Shown: positions 19,529 to 30,251 of the stretch, piece after piece | Layout of the letters: each line of letters starts with the position of its first letter | Numbering within the stretch: the first letter of the stretch is position 1 | DNA from: an uncultured Neisseria sp. | GTDB taxonomy: Bacteria > Pseudomonadota > Gammaproteobacteria > Burkholderiales > UBA11063 | Assembly (NCBI GenBank): GCA_964652705.1 | Contig: CAZZAV010000002.1 | Coordinates: 47,306-111,305, forward strand | Length of the DNA stretch: 64,000 bases | Direction: 5' to 3' | Made by a program: the position numbers and the translations under genes | Notes under the pieces: generated by a model | Seen by the model: the letters and a program-made list of their open reading frames with translations, nothing else | Database searches by the model: none | Told to the model about the DNA's origin: nothing

Positions 19529-20513
19529 AAAAATACTTTCAATTGCTATTCCCACTTACAATCGTAGTCATTATTTGGAGTTATTATTAGCATCGATACT
19601 TAGACAATATGACAGTTGTGCTTCATTAATTGAAATTATCATTTCGGATAATGCTTCAACTGATACAACTAATTTGGTTGTAAATAAGTATATTGAATAC
19701 GGACTAGAGATTCAATATGTACGTAATTCAAATAATTTAGGCGCCGATAGAAATATTGCTCAAGCTTTTATGTTGTCTTCATGTGAGTATGTTTGGGTTA
19801 TGGGTGATGATGATTATTTCTTAGATAAAGCCATTATTACTGTTTTAGATCTTATTCAAAATAATAGTAAAACTCCGCTTGGTATTATTTATCTTAATGC
19901 TACATCAGATAAAGTTGATATTAATTCTCAGGTCGGAGAAATTGAGTTTCAACAAAATATTTCTAGGGATGAGTTTGTAAAAAAAATAAACGTGTTTTTA
20001 ACTTTTATTTCTGGTAATGTGGTTAATAAAAAGATATTTTTGAATAATTATAATATAGAATCAATTAATCAATACATGGATACAAACTTGGTACAGTTGG
20101 GGTGGATATATCGGATAATTATTAATAGTAATAATTTTGCAATAATTGATACAAAGCTTTTATTTGCTCAGGCTGATAATTCTGGTGGATATAACATATT
20201 TAATGTTTTTGCCGTACATCAATCTAAAATTGCTCGTGCTGAGTTAAATAAATTTCCTAAGTATATAGCGTGGATTGAAAAAGGAACTATGTTGAAGTGT
20301 TTTCCTGTCTGGATTTATCTTCATTTATGTGAGGGATTAACTACATTTGATAAGTATGAGGTAGATATCTTTCAGGTTCTACAGCGATCTTACGGGAAGT
20401 ATTATGAGTATTGGATTTTTATTTATCCAATGAAGTTTATGCCAAATGTAATTCGGCGTATATTTAAAAAGATAGTTGTTTCTTTTTGGAATTTTAGTGT
20501 ACGATTCAGATAG
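19515..20513 (+). CDS. GT2 glycosyltransferase, RfbV/WbaV-like (candidate dideoxy/branched-sugar transferase)
   Basis: IAIPTYNR, ISDNASTD, NLGADRN and WVMGDDD. GTG start overlapping wzx. Confidence 0.7.
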   Translation: MQQNKKILSIAIPTYNRSHYLELLLASILRQYDSCASLIEIIISDNASTDTTNLVVNKYIEYGLEIQYVRNSNNLGADRNIAQAFMLSSCEYVWVMGDDDYFLDKAIITVLDLIQNNSKTPLGIIYLNATSDKVDINSQVGEIEFQQNISRDEFVKKINVFLTFISGNVVNKKIFLNNYNIESINQYMDTNLVQLGWIYRIIINSNNFAIIDTKLLFAQADNSGGYNIFNVFAVHQSKIARAELNKFPKYIAWIEKGTMLKCFPVWIYLHLCEGLTTFDKYEVDIFQVLQRSYGKYYEYWIFIYPMKFMPNVIRRIFKKIVVSFWNFSVRFR

Positions 20514-20566
20514 TATTTAGGTTTGTTTGATATGTGGTTTTAAAGATTTATTTATTACATTATTAG

Positions 20567-22849
20567 GTGATAAACTATTTTATGGTAAAAGTATTAAATT
20601 TTTTCAGTATGTTGAAACGAATTGAAAATAAAAAATTTTTATTCAAGATAATTTTAATTGATCTATTTATGGGTAGGCTATTTCAGTTTAAAATATACTA
20701 TAAGACTATTATCTTAAATAACGTCTCTTCATCAATTAGAACGCATAAATTTATTAGCAGTCCAAAAGATGACCGTGTTTTTGCAGGAATTAAGAAAATT
20801 TTCCTAGAGCATAATGGTAAATTATATATTAATTCAGTTGAATTTGGTGGAGCGTTCTCTTACATTCAAAATACATCTAAGAATTTTCCCGCTTTAATTT
20901 TTAATTCTACTGCGACCGATGTGATGCAAACTAATGTTGAATTTATTTTTGCTGAAATTAATCATGTGTTTGCGGTTCATGATCTTGTATCGTTGATTAA
21001 AGAGTTTAATATTTCTAGTTTGATTGTTAATCATTTGATTTGGTCAAGAAATTTCTTGATTGTAGACGAAATTATTCACATTGCTAAAATTATGCGTCTT
21101 GAAGTGTCTGTAATGGTTCATGACTTTTTTTATCTTTGCCCAAGCTTTAATTTATTGAATGATAAGGGGGAGTTTTGTAATTTGCCAGATGAAGCCACAT
21201 GCCGCAATTGTTTAAGTAGGTTGCATTTGGGTAATACATCACCTGATTTAGTTATTTATCGTGATACTATTAGGCTTTATCAAGGGAATCATGTCCTTAC
21301 ACATCATGAATGGAGGGGCAGATTTAATGCATTATTTGACTGTGCTTCAAGTATTATTTTTCCATCAAATTCTGCCCGAAATTTATTTTTAAAGATATTT
21401 GTACAGTTTGCGGACAAAAGTCAAGTCATTCATCATGATTTACGCTACCTTTCTCAGATCAATTCATTAACGACTATTCCAAAATCAGCAACTATGTGCG
21501 TGGCGATGATGGGAGATATTAAATATCACAAGGGGCGAAAAATATTAGAGCAAATCGTGCTTGCCAGTAGTAAGAATAAATTGAAAATTTCATTTTTAAT
21601 TATTGGCAGTTGTGATAGTGGAATAATAGCACGATCAGAAAACACTATTGTGTTAAATAAATATGCAATATCGGACTTAAATTCTATTTTGATTAAGCAT
21701 CAGGTAAGTTTATTTTTATTTTTGAGTATTTGGCCAGAAACTTTTTCATTTGTAATTCATGAGATGATGCGGGTTGAATTACCTATTATTTCCTTTAACT
21801 TGGGTGCTCCTGGTGAGTTCTTGAGTAATTATAAAGATGCTACGTTAATTAATGAGGTGTCATTTCAAGCAATTTATAATGCTTTATTACTCAAGTACTA
21901 TACTTATCAAGCAGGTCTACCCAATCGGGCAGAACTATTTAACTCATTTTCTATTTCAGTTGCAATGGCGACATATAATGGTGAAAAATATATTCAAGAG
22001 CAACTCGAGAGTATTTTGAAACAAACTCTTCCTGCTCAGGAAATTATTATTGTGGATGATTGTTCTACTGATTCAACATGGTCAATCCTTGAGAGTTTTG
22101 CAGCATACCATGAGTGCATTAAGATTTACAAAAATCCCAATAATTATGGTGTAGTAAAAACATTCAATCGGGCTTTGTCTTTGACCAATGGTGAGTATAT
22201 CGCATTAGCTGACCAAGATGATTTTTGGGTTTCGCATAAGTTAGAGGTTTTGATTGCTAATATTGGAGATAATTTATTAATTCATAGTGACGCTTATGTT
22301 GTTAATGATAAATTGCAGATAATTAATTCTTCTTTCTTAGGAACCAAGGCATTTACCAAAAAAATTAGTAATTATTTTGTGTTTAATGATGTACATGGAT
22401 GCACTGCGTTGGTTAGGCGTGAGCTGTTGAATTTAGCTTTGCCAATTCCTGATGGATTTTATTTACATGATCATTATTTGGCTATTTTTGCTGCTGCACT
22501 CAAGAAGATTACTTATATTGATCAGCCATTAATTTATTATCGTCAGCATGAGGCAAATGTGGTTGGAGTTAATAAAATAGACGACTATGAAGATTATCAG
22601 AACCATTTTCGTGTGTTGCATGATAGCTTAACTTTATTATCCCATCCTTCTTTTAAGCAAAGTTTGGAGTTGTCATATGGAGTTGATTTTTATCGTTCAA
22701 ACTTACTAAATACTCCAGCAGGGTTTAGAACTTACTGTTGGTATTTTAAAAATTTTTCATTGGCACGTTCGATATTTTTTGTTGGCAGAACTTGCTTTGG
22801 TCGTAGAATTGGGCGCTTAATTTTTAAGCTTAGAAATAAAATACAATGA
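20567..22849 (+). CDS. Bifunctional glycosyltransferase (GT4-like N-terminal + GT2 C-terminal)
   Basis: N-terminal HDFFYLCP, KG and SIWPETFSFVIHE. C-terminal VAMATYNG, DDCSTD and LADQDD. Confidence 0.8.
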   Translation: MINYFMVKVLNFFSMLKRIENKKFLFKIILIDLFMGRLFQFKIYYKTIILNNVSSSIRTHKFISSPKDDRVFAGIKKIFLEHNGKLYINSVEFGGAFSYIQNTSKNFPALIFNSTATDVMQTNVEFIFAEINHVFAVHDLVSLIKEFNISSLIVNHLIWSRNFLIVDEIIHIAKIMRLEVSVMVHDFFYLCPSFNLLNDKGEFCNLPDEATCRNCLSRLHLGNTSPDLVIYRDTIRLYQGNHVLTHHEWRGRFNALFDCASSIIFPSNSARNLFLKIFVQFADKSQVIHHDLRYLSQINSLTTIPKSATMCVAMMGDIKYHKGRKILEQIVLASSKNKLKISFLIIGSCDSGIIARSENTIVLNKYAISDLNSILIKHQVSLFLFLSIWPETFSFVIHEMMRVELPIISFNLGAPGEFLSNYKDATLINEVSFQAIYNALLLKYYTYQAGLPNRAELFNSFSISVAMATYNGEKYIQEQLESILKQTLPAQEIIIVDDCSTDSTWSILESFAAYHECIKIYKNPNNYGVVKTFNRALSLTNGEYIALADQDDFWVSHKLEVLIANIGDNLLIHSDAYVVNDKLQIINSSFLGTKAFTKKISNYFVFNDVHGCTALVRRELLNLALPIPDGFYLHDHYLAIFAAALKKITYIDQPLIYYRQHEANVVGVNKIDDYEDYQNHFRVLHDSLTLLSHPSFKQSLELSYGVDFYRSNLLNTPAGFRTYCWYFKNFSLARSIFFVGRTCFGRRIGRLIFKLRNKIQ

Positions 22850-23775
22850 TGAGTAATGAGTTGATTATTTCAGTTGCGATGGCAACTTACAATGGTGAAA
22901 AATATCTCAGAGAGCAATTGGATAGTATTCTGGTACAGACTCGTTTGGTTGATCAAATTATTGTTGTTGATGATGGATCTTCTGACAGTACGCTGTTGAT
23001 ATTGGATGAATATAAGCAACGTTATGAAAATATAAAGGTATTTTCAAATAAGATAAATTTAGGCGTTGTCAAAAGTTTTGAACTAGCGATTAGTTTGTGC
23101 TCAGGTGATTATATTGCTTTGTCTGATCAAGATGATGTGTGGTTTCCCAATAAAATTGCAGTGTTATTAGAACAAATAGGTAATAATTTACTCATTCATA
23201 GTGATGATGTTTTAGTTGATGATAGCTTGCAAGTAATTGAATCATCGCATTTTGCTTGGGGGAAACAGGTAGACAAAACTAACTTCTTTGATTATTTGGT
23301 GAATGTAAACGTTACGGGTTGTACTGTGATGTTTTCGCGTGAGTTAGTTAATTTAGCCTTACCATTTAAAAGTTATTCTTTGCCTCACGATTGGTATCTG
23401 ACCTATTATGCCGCATATCTATCAAGAATAAAATTATATTTACAACCTTTGTTGTATTATCGGCAGCATGAAATTAATGTCTCTGGAGCTCGTAAGAAGA
23501 CATTTGCACAATATGTTAGAAATTGTGTAGAAGTTGGTCTTGGGTTAAATGATGTTCTAAAAGATGATTTTTTTAGACGTGATTCTGATTTGATATTAAT
23601 GCGTAATTATAAGCAAGGAGTTGCTAAGCGCTCTTTACTAGGTTATAGAGAAACCTTTCAATTACTTAGAAAAGGTAAAGTTGGTTGTAAATTATTGATA
23701 TTTTATTGGCTGATGACGCTTCCTCCTTTATCGCTTAGTGAGAAAATTTACAATATAATTAGAAAGTATATTTAA
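22846..23775 (+). CDS. GT2 glycosyltransferase (paralogue of 11232-12149)
   Basis: VAMATYNG, VDDGSSD, LSDQDD, TGCT, PHDWYL and YRQH. Confidence 0.85.
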   Translation: MMSNELIISVAMATYNGEKYLREQLDSILVQTRLVDQIIVVDDGSSDSTLLILDEYKQRYENIKVFSNKINLGVVKSFELAISLCSGDYIALSDQDDVWFPNKIAVLLEQIGNNLLIHSDDVLVDDSLQVIESSHFAWGKQVDKTNFFDYLVNVNVTGCTVMFSRELVNLALPFKSYSLPHDWYLTYYAAYLSRIKLYLQPLLYYRQHEINVSGARKKTFAQYVRNCVEVGLGLNDVLKDDFFRRDSDLILMRNYKQGVAKRSLLGYRETFQLLRKGKVGCKLLIFYWLMTLPPLSLSEKIYNIIRKYI

Positions 23776-23784
23776 CAAAACATT

Positions 23785-23793
23785 TGCTACAAT
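23785..23793 (+). promoter_or_regulatory. Extended -10 promoter (TGcTACAAT) for the GT4-wbaP unit
   Basis: TGnTACAAT in the short intergenic gap, 30 nt before ATG 23823. Confidence 0.45.
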
Positions 23794-23822
23794 TTTAAAT
23801 TTATAAAGTGAAGAATATATTT

Positions 23823-24959
23823 ATGAAAATAGCCATAGTTCATGACTGGCTTTACACGTATGCTGGAGCTGAAAAGGTTTTAGAGCAAATTATTCAGTGT
23901 TTTCCAGAAGCAGACTTATTTAGTTTAATCGACTTTATTCCAAATGGTAAGCGTGATTTTATTGCAAATAAAGTTGTGAAAACTTCATTTATTCAGAACT
24001 TGCCATTGGCAAAAACTAAGCATCGCCATTATTTGCCATTGATGCCATTAGCAATTGAACAATTGGATGTAAGTGATTATGATGTGGTTATCAGCAGTTC
24101 ACATGCCGTTGCTAAAGGTGTTTTAACAGGTCCAAATCAATTACATATTTGTTACTGTCATTCACCAATTCGTTATGCTTGGGATATGCAACATCAGTAT
24201 TTACGTGAAGCAGGAATTACGCGAGGTTTTAAATCATGGCTTACACGCTATATTTTACATAAAATTCGGTTGTGGGATTATCGTACAGCTAATGGTGTAG
24301 ATTATTTTGTTGCCAATTCTAATTTTATTGCGCGAAGAATTTTTAAAGTTTATCGCCGTGACGCTAGTGTGATTTACCCAAATGTGGACATTGATAAATT
24401 CACGCTACAAAGTGACAAACAAGATTATTATTTAACCGCATCGCGCTTGGTTCCATATAAAAAAATTGTTTTAATTGCTGAAGCTTTTGCCAAAATGCCA
24501 GATAAACAATTGAAAATTGTTGGTACTGGTCCTGATCAAAAGAAAATTGCAGCTTTGGTGGCAACCGCACCTAATATAGAATATTTGGGATTTGTGGAAG
24601 ATAATGGTCTGGTTAATTTAATGCAAAATGCAAAAGCTTTTGTGTTTGCTGCAGAAGAGGATTTTGGAATTATTCCAGTTGAAGCTCAAGCCTGTGGTAC
24701 ACCAGTCATTGCTTATGGGCGCGGCGGAAGTCTTGAGACTGTAAATGGATTAAACAGTAGTTGCCCAACAGGAGTATTTTTTAATGAACAAAAAATTGAC
24801 AGTATCCTTGCCGCAATATCCCAATTTGAAAATCAGAATGTAATAACTTCTGATAATTGTCGTCAAAATGCGCTACGTTTTTCAGCACCGCGCTTTAGAT
24901 CTGATTTTCAGCAATTTGTGGAGCGTAAATATCAAGAATTTTGTGCGGGTATAAATTAA
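23823..24959 (+). CDS. GT4 glycosyltransferase (WbaZ-like mannosyltransferase)
   Basis: MKIAIVHDWL...GAEKVL, SRLVPYKK and EEDFGIIPVEAQACG. Confidence 0.8.
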   Translation: MKIAIVHDWLYTYAGAEKVLEQIIQCFPEADLFSLIDFIPNGKRDFIANKVVKTSFIQNLPLAKTKHRHYLPLMPLAIEQLDVSDYDVVISSSHAVAKGVLTGPNQLHICYCHSPIRYAWDMQHQYLREAGITRGFKSWLTRYILHKIRLWDYRTANGVDYFVANSNFIARRIFKVYRRDASVIYPNVDIDKFTLQSDKQDYYLTASRLVPYKKIVLIAEAFAKMPDKQLKIVGTGPDQKKIAALVATAPNIEYLGFVEDNGLVNLMQNAKAFVFAAEEDFGIIPVEAQACGTPVIAYGRGGSLETVNGLNSSCPTGVFFNEQKIDSILAAISQFENQNVITSDNCRQNALRFSAPRFRSDFQQFVERKYQEFCAGIN

Positions 24960-26374
24960 TGAAAAAGTTTTTATTACAAAAATGTGCTTTGGTAATGATC
25001 GATTTATTTTCATTGATATTTACTTATTGGCTTAGCATCCAGTTAGCGAATGTCGTTGAGCCAACTAGGGTGCATCGTTTTGATACTGATCACTTGGTAT
25101 TGGTTAAGGCGTTGAATGCGTTGGCAGTTATAGCCTTATTTTGGATTGCGGAGCTGTATGCAAAACGCCGTCCAACTTGGGAAGAGTTACGTATTATTTA
25201 TAAGCAGATTATGTATATTTTGGTGCTTGATTTTGTCGTAATTTCTTTGAGTAGGTCTGAGCATGTAACTTATTTATTTTTCTTTATGTTTTGGGCAATG
25301 CTGTTCATAATTCTACCATTGTTCAGGACATTTGCAATCCGAATTTTGTTACATTATAAATTATGGCAGCGTACTGTGTATATTGTTGGTTGTGGTGAGA
25401 CAGCACTGATGGCATATAATTTGCTTAAAAATCGCCGCTTAATGGGTTATCAGATTGCTGGTTTTGTTAATTTTGACGCGAGTAAAGAAATAACTAATTT
25501 AGAGCTTGATGGTAATTTTGTCCAAGTTTTAAATCTTGAGCAATTATTATCCCGTAGTCGGTATAGTGAAATTGTAGTTGCTTTGGATTCATTAGAGATG
25601 GTTAATAATTTGCAAAAAATTTTTAGTCTACAACGGCATTTTATTTTTGTGAGTTTGGTTCCTGATTTAGAGGGGCTTTCTCTATATGGTATGGAAATTA
25701 CGCATTTTTTTGGTAATGAACAGTTAATGTTGCGCTTGGAGAATAATCTAAATCGGCGCTTAAATAGATTGGTTAAAAAGATATTTGATTATCTAGTAGT
25801 TGTTGCATGTTTACCATTTATTGTGCCAATTATGATACTAATTAGTTTGTTTATTTTCTTAGAAGACAGGGGTAATCCATTTTTTATTCAGCCTCGGATT
25901 GGCAGAAATGGACGAGTGTTTGGTTGCTTTAAATTTCGTAGCATGCATAAAAACGCAGAAAAAATGTTGTTACAGTGGCGAGATGAAAATAATTTAATTT
26001 ATCAAGAGTATGTTGCAAACAATTTTAAATTAGCAAATGATCCGCGAGTAACGAGTATTGGACGGTTTTTACGTAAAACCAGCTTGGATGAGTTGGGGCA
26101 GTTGATCAATGTATTGCGCGGAGAAATGAGCTTAGTTGGTCCGCGTCCGTTGATTGAGCGTGAAATTGTTGATTATAATGATGGATTATTTTATTATAAA
26201 ATGGTGAGCCCTGGTATAACTGGAATGTGGCAAGTTAGTGGACGTAGTAAAACTTCTTTTAGTGATCGTTGCCGTTTGGATAGCTGGTACATCAAAAATT
26301 GGTCTCTTTGGTATGATGTTGTTATCTTGTTGAAAACGTTTGGAGTAGTTTTAAAGCGTGATGGAGCACATTAA
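24959..26374 (+). CDS. wbaP: Undecaprenyl-phosphate hexose-1-P transferase (WbaP-type initiating enzyme)
   Basis: N-terminal TM domain, then [28 protein letters not shown] and [13 protein letters not shown]. Confidence 0.9.
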   Translation: MKKFLLQKCALVMIDLFSLIFTYWLSIQLANVVEPTRVHRFDTDHLVLVKALNALAVIALFWIAELYAKRRPTWEELRIIYKQIMYILVLDFVVISLSRSEHVTYLFFFMFWAMLFIILPLFRTFAIRILLHYKLWQRTVYIVGCGETALMAYNLLKNRRLMGYQIAGFVNFDASKEITNLELDGNFVQVLNLEQLLSRSRYSEIVVALDSLEMVNNLQKIFSLQRHFIFVSLVPDLEGLSLYGMEITHFFGNEQLMLRLENNLNRRLNRLVKKIFDYLVVVACLPFIVPIMILISLFIFLEDRGNPFFIQPRIGRNGRVFGCFKFRSMHKNAEKMLLQWRDENNLIYQEYVANNFKLANDPRVTSIGRFLRKTSLDELGQLINVLRGEMSLVGPRPLIEREIVDYNDGLFYYKMVSPGITGMWQVSGRSKTSFSDRCRLDSWYIKNWSLWYDVVILLKTFGVVLKRDGAH

Positions 26375-26462
26375 TTGTGGCTTATTTATAAAAATCGTTC
26401 TAGTGATGATTAAATAAGTGTATAATTAAGGTTGAATTTTATTATTTTTTAGGAGTAGTGTC

Positions 26463-26987
26463 ATAAGCACTGAAAAGCAAACCCGTATCAATGGTGCGAT
26501 TAATGTACCCGAGGTTCGTTTAATTATTGATGAAACTAGTGAGCAGCTAGGAGTTGTTAGCATTCGTGAAGCATTGGCTAGGGCTGAAGAACTGCAATTA
26601 GATCTAGTGGAAATTTCTCCCAATGCCAATCCACCTGTATGCAAAATTATGGATTTTGGTAAATTTAAGTACCATGAGCAGAAAAAAGCTCATGCTGCTA
26701 AACAAAATCAAAAGCAGGTGCATGTCAAGGAAATTAAATTTCGCCCCGTGACTGATGATCATGATTATGAGATTAAAATGCGTAACGCAAGGCGTTTTTT
26801 GGAAGATGGCGATAAAGTTAAATTTATTGTACAATTTCGTGGACGTGAGATGGCTCATCAAGAGTTGGGTCTGCGTTACTTATTACGTGCTGAACAAGAT
26901 TTGATTGATTTAGTCGTAGTTGAATCTAAACCAAAAGTCGAAGGTCGTAATGCAATTATGATTGTGGCACCGAAAAAGAAAAAATAA
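26463..26987 (+). CDS. infC: Translation initiation factor IF-3, non-canonical ATA start
   Basis: AGGAG (26451-55) lies 7 nt before ATA at 26463. The continuous frame [21 protein letters not shown]...[11 protein letters not shown] joins the ORF-track protein with KEIKFRP and FRGRE. Confidence 0.95.
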   Translation: MSTEKQTRINGAINVPEVRLIIDETSEQLGVVSIREALARAEELQLDLVEISPNANPPVCKIMDFGKFKYHEQKKAHAAKQNQKQVHVKEIKFRPVTDDHDYEIKMRNARRFLEDGDKVKFIVQFRGREMAHQELGLRYLLRAEQDLIDLVVVESKPKVEGRNAIMIVAPKKKK

Positions 26988-26996
26988 GAGAGTAGT

Positions 26997-27869
26997 ATGA
27001 AAGTAAGCGGTTTTACTTTTCTGCGAAATGGAACAATTTTAGGCTATCCCTATGTGGAAAGCCTAAAATCATTATTGGCAGTTTGTGATGAAGTAGTAGT
27101 TGCACTTGGTGATAGTGATGATGACACTTTGGAGCAAGTTAAGGCTATTAATGATCCGCGTCTAAGAGTTATTCAAACTACGTGGAATGAAAATATGCAG
27201 GATCGTGGTTATACTTACGCGCAACAAAAGATGATTGCACAGTTCAATTGTACAGGTGATTGGGCATTTTATCTTGAGGGTGATGAAGTAATTCATGAGC
27301 AAGATTACGCAACGATTCGTGCTGCAATGGAAAAACATCTTGATGATAAGGATGTTGAAGCTCTAGTTTTTGATTACTATCATTTTTACGGTTCACCGAC
27401 TACCTATGCGTATTCTCCGCGTTGGTATCGTCGTGCGCCTCGAATTATTCGTAATAGTGTACGATCTTGGGCACCAGACGGTTTATTTTGGCTGATTATG
27501 AGTGAAAATAAGCGTGGACGTTATCCAAATGCAGCCTTGGTTGGTTGCCATTTGTATCATTATGGTCATGTGCGTTCAGTAGCCAAAATGAATGAAAAAC
27601 ATAAGCGAGTTGCTCATTATTGGGGGCAAAAATTGCCTGAGTTTGAGGGGTATGGCGATATTGACTCACAGAGTATTCTGAATTTTACGCAGACCCACCC
27701 TGCAATTTTAAAGCATTGGCTTGCGAATGATGCAGAGCAGAAGTTTGTTGCTAATATGGATTATCAGCTTTCAAAACGTGACAAAAAACATCGTTTAGTA
27801 AGTAAACTTGAGAAAATTCTTGGCGGTAAAGATTTTACTAAGAAACATTATAAGTTGATTAGAAAATAG
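26997..27869 (+). CDS. GT2-like glycosyltransferase
   Basis: MKVSGFTFLRNG..LGYP, DWAFYLEGDE and HYGHVR. Confidence 0.75.
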   Translation: MKVSGFTFLRNGTILGYPYVESLKSLLAVCDEVVVALGDSDDDTLEQVKAINDPRLRVIQTTWNENMQDRGYTYAQQKMIAQFNCTGDWAFYLEGDEVIHEQDYATIRAAMEKHLDDKDVEALVFDYYHFYGSPTTYAYSPRWYRRAPRIIRNSVRSWAPDGLFWLIMSENKRGRYPNAALVGCHLYHYGHVRSVAKMNEKHKRVAHYWGQKLPEFEGYGDIDSQSILNFTQTHPAILKHWLANDAEQKFVANMDYQLSKRDKKHRLVSKLEKILGGKDFTKKHYKLIRK

Positions 27870-27929
27870 TGTTATTATTAGCTGTATTTGACGCAAGTGG
27901 AGTCAGTTCCTTAAGAAGTAATATTTAAT

Positions 27930-28994
27930 ATGTTTCCTAAACTTAATCAAAGATTTATATTAGATTTTAGCACAAAAATACCTCATCAAATAGAAGAGTT
28001 CCGTCGCAGTGAACCATTCTTCAGTGCATTAAAGCAGACAATTCGTACGTATCGACGTTTTTTTACTTTGTTGTTTTTAAAGCAATTAAACCTTGAGCTA
28101 GATTTAATTCCTGAAAATGCGTCTAAAATACTTTGGCTGAATCCGTCCAGTACCAGTATTGGTGATTCTATTATGGAATTATCGGGGCGTAAGTTGTTAA
28201 ATCATACCAAATTTGAAGTGCATTTGCTAAGTGATCGTAAAAACAGCAGTTTATATTTAGAAGATTTAGTTTTTAGTAAAGTTTTTAATGATCCGTCTCA
28301 AATTGTCGAAACTTACGATTTAATTTTGATGGATGTATATAACACTAAATCGATTAAAATGAAATCTAAATATTTTCCTACTGTGCCATTTTGTGCTCTA
28401 CAGGGGTATTTTTATGGTGCTGATTTTAATCGATTATTATTTAGCTTTCATCGGGTCAATGCACTATTAAATTATCCGTATATTCAGAATGAGGTTGATT
28501 CATTAGCACATAATTATTTATGCATAAATGATTTATCCAAGGAAGATTTTCAAGTGGTAATTGCTGTTGGTGGTGAAGATTATTTACGGACTTACCTGTC
28601 ATGGAATGTGGTTATTGGTGAATTATTAGAGTTAAATCCACATTTGCGAATTTGTTTACTTGGTTCAGAAAATGGTTTAGTTTTTGCTGAAAATATTGTG
28701 GCTGAATTTGGTGATAGAGTTACTAGCCAGGTCGCCAAGTTGAGTCTTCTTGGTACTGCAGGCGTTATCGCCAGAGCTCAAGTTTTTATCGGAGCTGATG
28801 GTGGCTTAATGCATATTGCAACAGCATTTAATTTGAATGGTGTAGCTTTATTTGCAAAGTTTAGACCAGAGCTTCGTTTATCAAAAAATAGTAAAGTTAT
28901 TCCCATATTTTCTTCATCAAATGTTAATCAAATTAAACCATCACAAATTATTGCTGAATTGAAGCAATTAAATTTAGTACGGAGAGATTTATAG
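27930..28994 (+). CDS. GT9 (LPS heptosyltransferase family) protein
   Basis: SIGDSIM and SLLGTAGVIARAQVFIGADGGLMHIATA. Confidence 0.8.
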   Translation: MFPKLNQRFILDFSTKIPHQIEEFRRSEPFFSALKQTIRTYRRFFTLLFLKQLNLELDLIPENASKILWLNPSSTSIGDSIMELSGRKLLNHTKFEVHLLSDRKNSSLYLEDLVFSKVFNDPSQIVETYDLILMDVYNTKSIKMKSKYFPTVPFCALQGYFYGADFNRLLFSFHRVNALLNYPYIQNEVDSLAHNYLCINDLSKEDFQVVIAVGGEDYLRTYLSWNVVIGELLELNPHLRICLLGSENGLVFAENIVAEFGDRVTSQVAKLSLLGTAGVIARAQVFIGADGGLMHIATAFNLNGVALFAKFRPELRLSKNSKVIPIFSSSNVNQIKPSQIIAELKQLNLVRRDL

Positions 28995-28996
28995 TT

Positions 28997-30220
28997 ATGA
29001 ACTCGTGCATCGACAATAAATTAATACCTTTTGCCGCATTATTATTTGGTATTGGGATAGCAACTTCAACTGCTTTGATGTCAGGCAGCTATATTTTATT
29101 AATTGCCTTAGTGTTAATTAGCACTCAAGCTCGTTCTTTAATTGTTGAATCATTTAAAAATAAATTTGTTTTATGTGGTTTTATGTTTTATGTCTTAGTT
29201 TTATTAGGCATGCTTTGGAGTGATGCTGATTTTCATGATCGTAGTAAAATGGCATTGCGGGTAGTTGGTTTTGGATTTTTACCAATTTTTTTTGCTGGGT
29301 TACGAATTAGAAATTCTGCAAAATTATTATTAAAAGCTTTTATTGCTGGGGAAATTCTTAGTGCGGTTATTTCCATCAGTGCATGGGTCTTTAATCACCC
29401 AGTTTTAATGGGTTTGTCTGACGGTGTGACAGAGGGAGCAATTTTTAAATGGGTGGTTTTCCGTGGGCATTTGATTCATGTGGCGTTTTTAGCTATCGCG
29501 GCAAATTTCTTGTTATGGGAGATAATTAATAAATCAAATTCAGATAAAAGAAGATTATTATATGGTTTTTTTTATCTAATTAGTGTTTTTGATTTGATGT
29601 TTTTAGTTCAGGGGCGCACCGGTCAGGTAATGTTCTTAGGAATTACTTTTGTAGTTTTAATTAGTAAATTCAGACTAAAAGGATTACTAAGTTTTATTGT
29701 TATAATAGCCATTGCAGTTCCTGCATTATATAAATTTTCCCCAGCGGTTCGTAATGGCATTTTAGAATACTCCCATGAGCGGGCACAAATGGAGCAGGGT
29801 AATTATAATACAAGTGCTGGTTTAAGAGCACAATTTCATAAAAATAGTTTGATAATGTTTAAGCAAAGTCCATTGATTGGTCATGGTACAGGTAGTTATC
29901 CATCTCACTATAAAGCTTTAGTCGCAGGAACTAATCAGGCGATTAATACTCAGCCACATGGTGATTTATACTTGGTTGCGGTTGAACTTGGAGTTCTTGG
30001 GTTGTTGGCTTTTGTTGCGATGTTGTTGGCAAATGTTTTTGAATTATTTAAAATGAAGAATCGAACCACACAAACTATGGGGTTGGTTTTGTTGACAGGC
30101 TATTTAATTGCTCTAACTCAAAACTCATTTTTCACTGATAATGTAACTGGATTGGCATTTATGCTTTTGATGTTGAGTATTCAAGCAGTTAGCATGAATT
30201 GCTCTAGAACGCTACCATAA
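28997..30220 (+). CDS. waaL: O-antigen ligase family protein
   Basis: About 12 TM segments with GRTG, SAGLR, PLIGHGTGS and PHG.Y....ELG..GL. Confidence 0.8.
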   Translation: MNSCIDNKLIPFAALLFGIGIATSTALMSGSYILLIALVLISTQARSLIVESFKNKFVLCGFMFYVLVLLGMLWSDADFHDRSKMALRVVGFGFLPIFFAGLRIRNSAKLLLKAFIAGEILSAVISISAWVFNHPVLMGLSDGVTEGAIFKWVVFRGHLIHVAFLAIAANFLLWEIINKSNSDKRRLLYGFFYLISVFDLMFLVQGRTGQVMFLGITFVVLISKFRLKGLLSFIVIIAIAVPALYKFSPAVRNGILEYSHERAQMEQGNYNTSAGLRAQFHKNSLIMFKQSPLIGHGTGSYPSHYKALVAGTNQAINTQPHGDLYLVAVELGVLGLLAFVAMLLANVFELFKMKNRTTQTMGLVLLTGYLIALTQNSFFTDNVTGLAFMLLMLSIQAVSMNCSRTLP

Positions 30221-30251
30221 GCAGTTTTATGTTCGGAAGTATATTCTCTTT

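Noticed and set aside
26426-26644. Minus-strand 72-aa ORF, and a possible infC truncation or frameshift
   Set aside because: It is an antisense shadow. infC is continuous once the ATA start is used.
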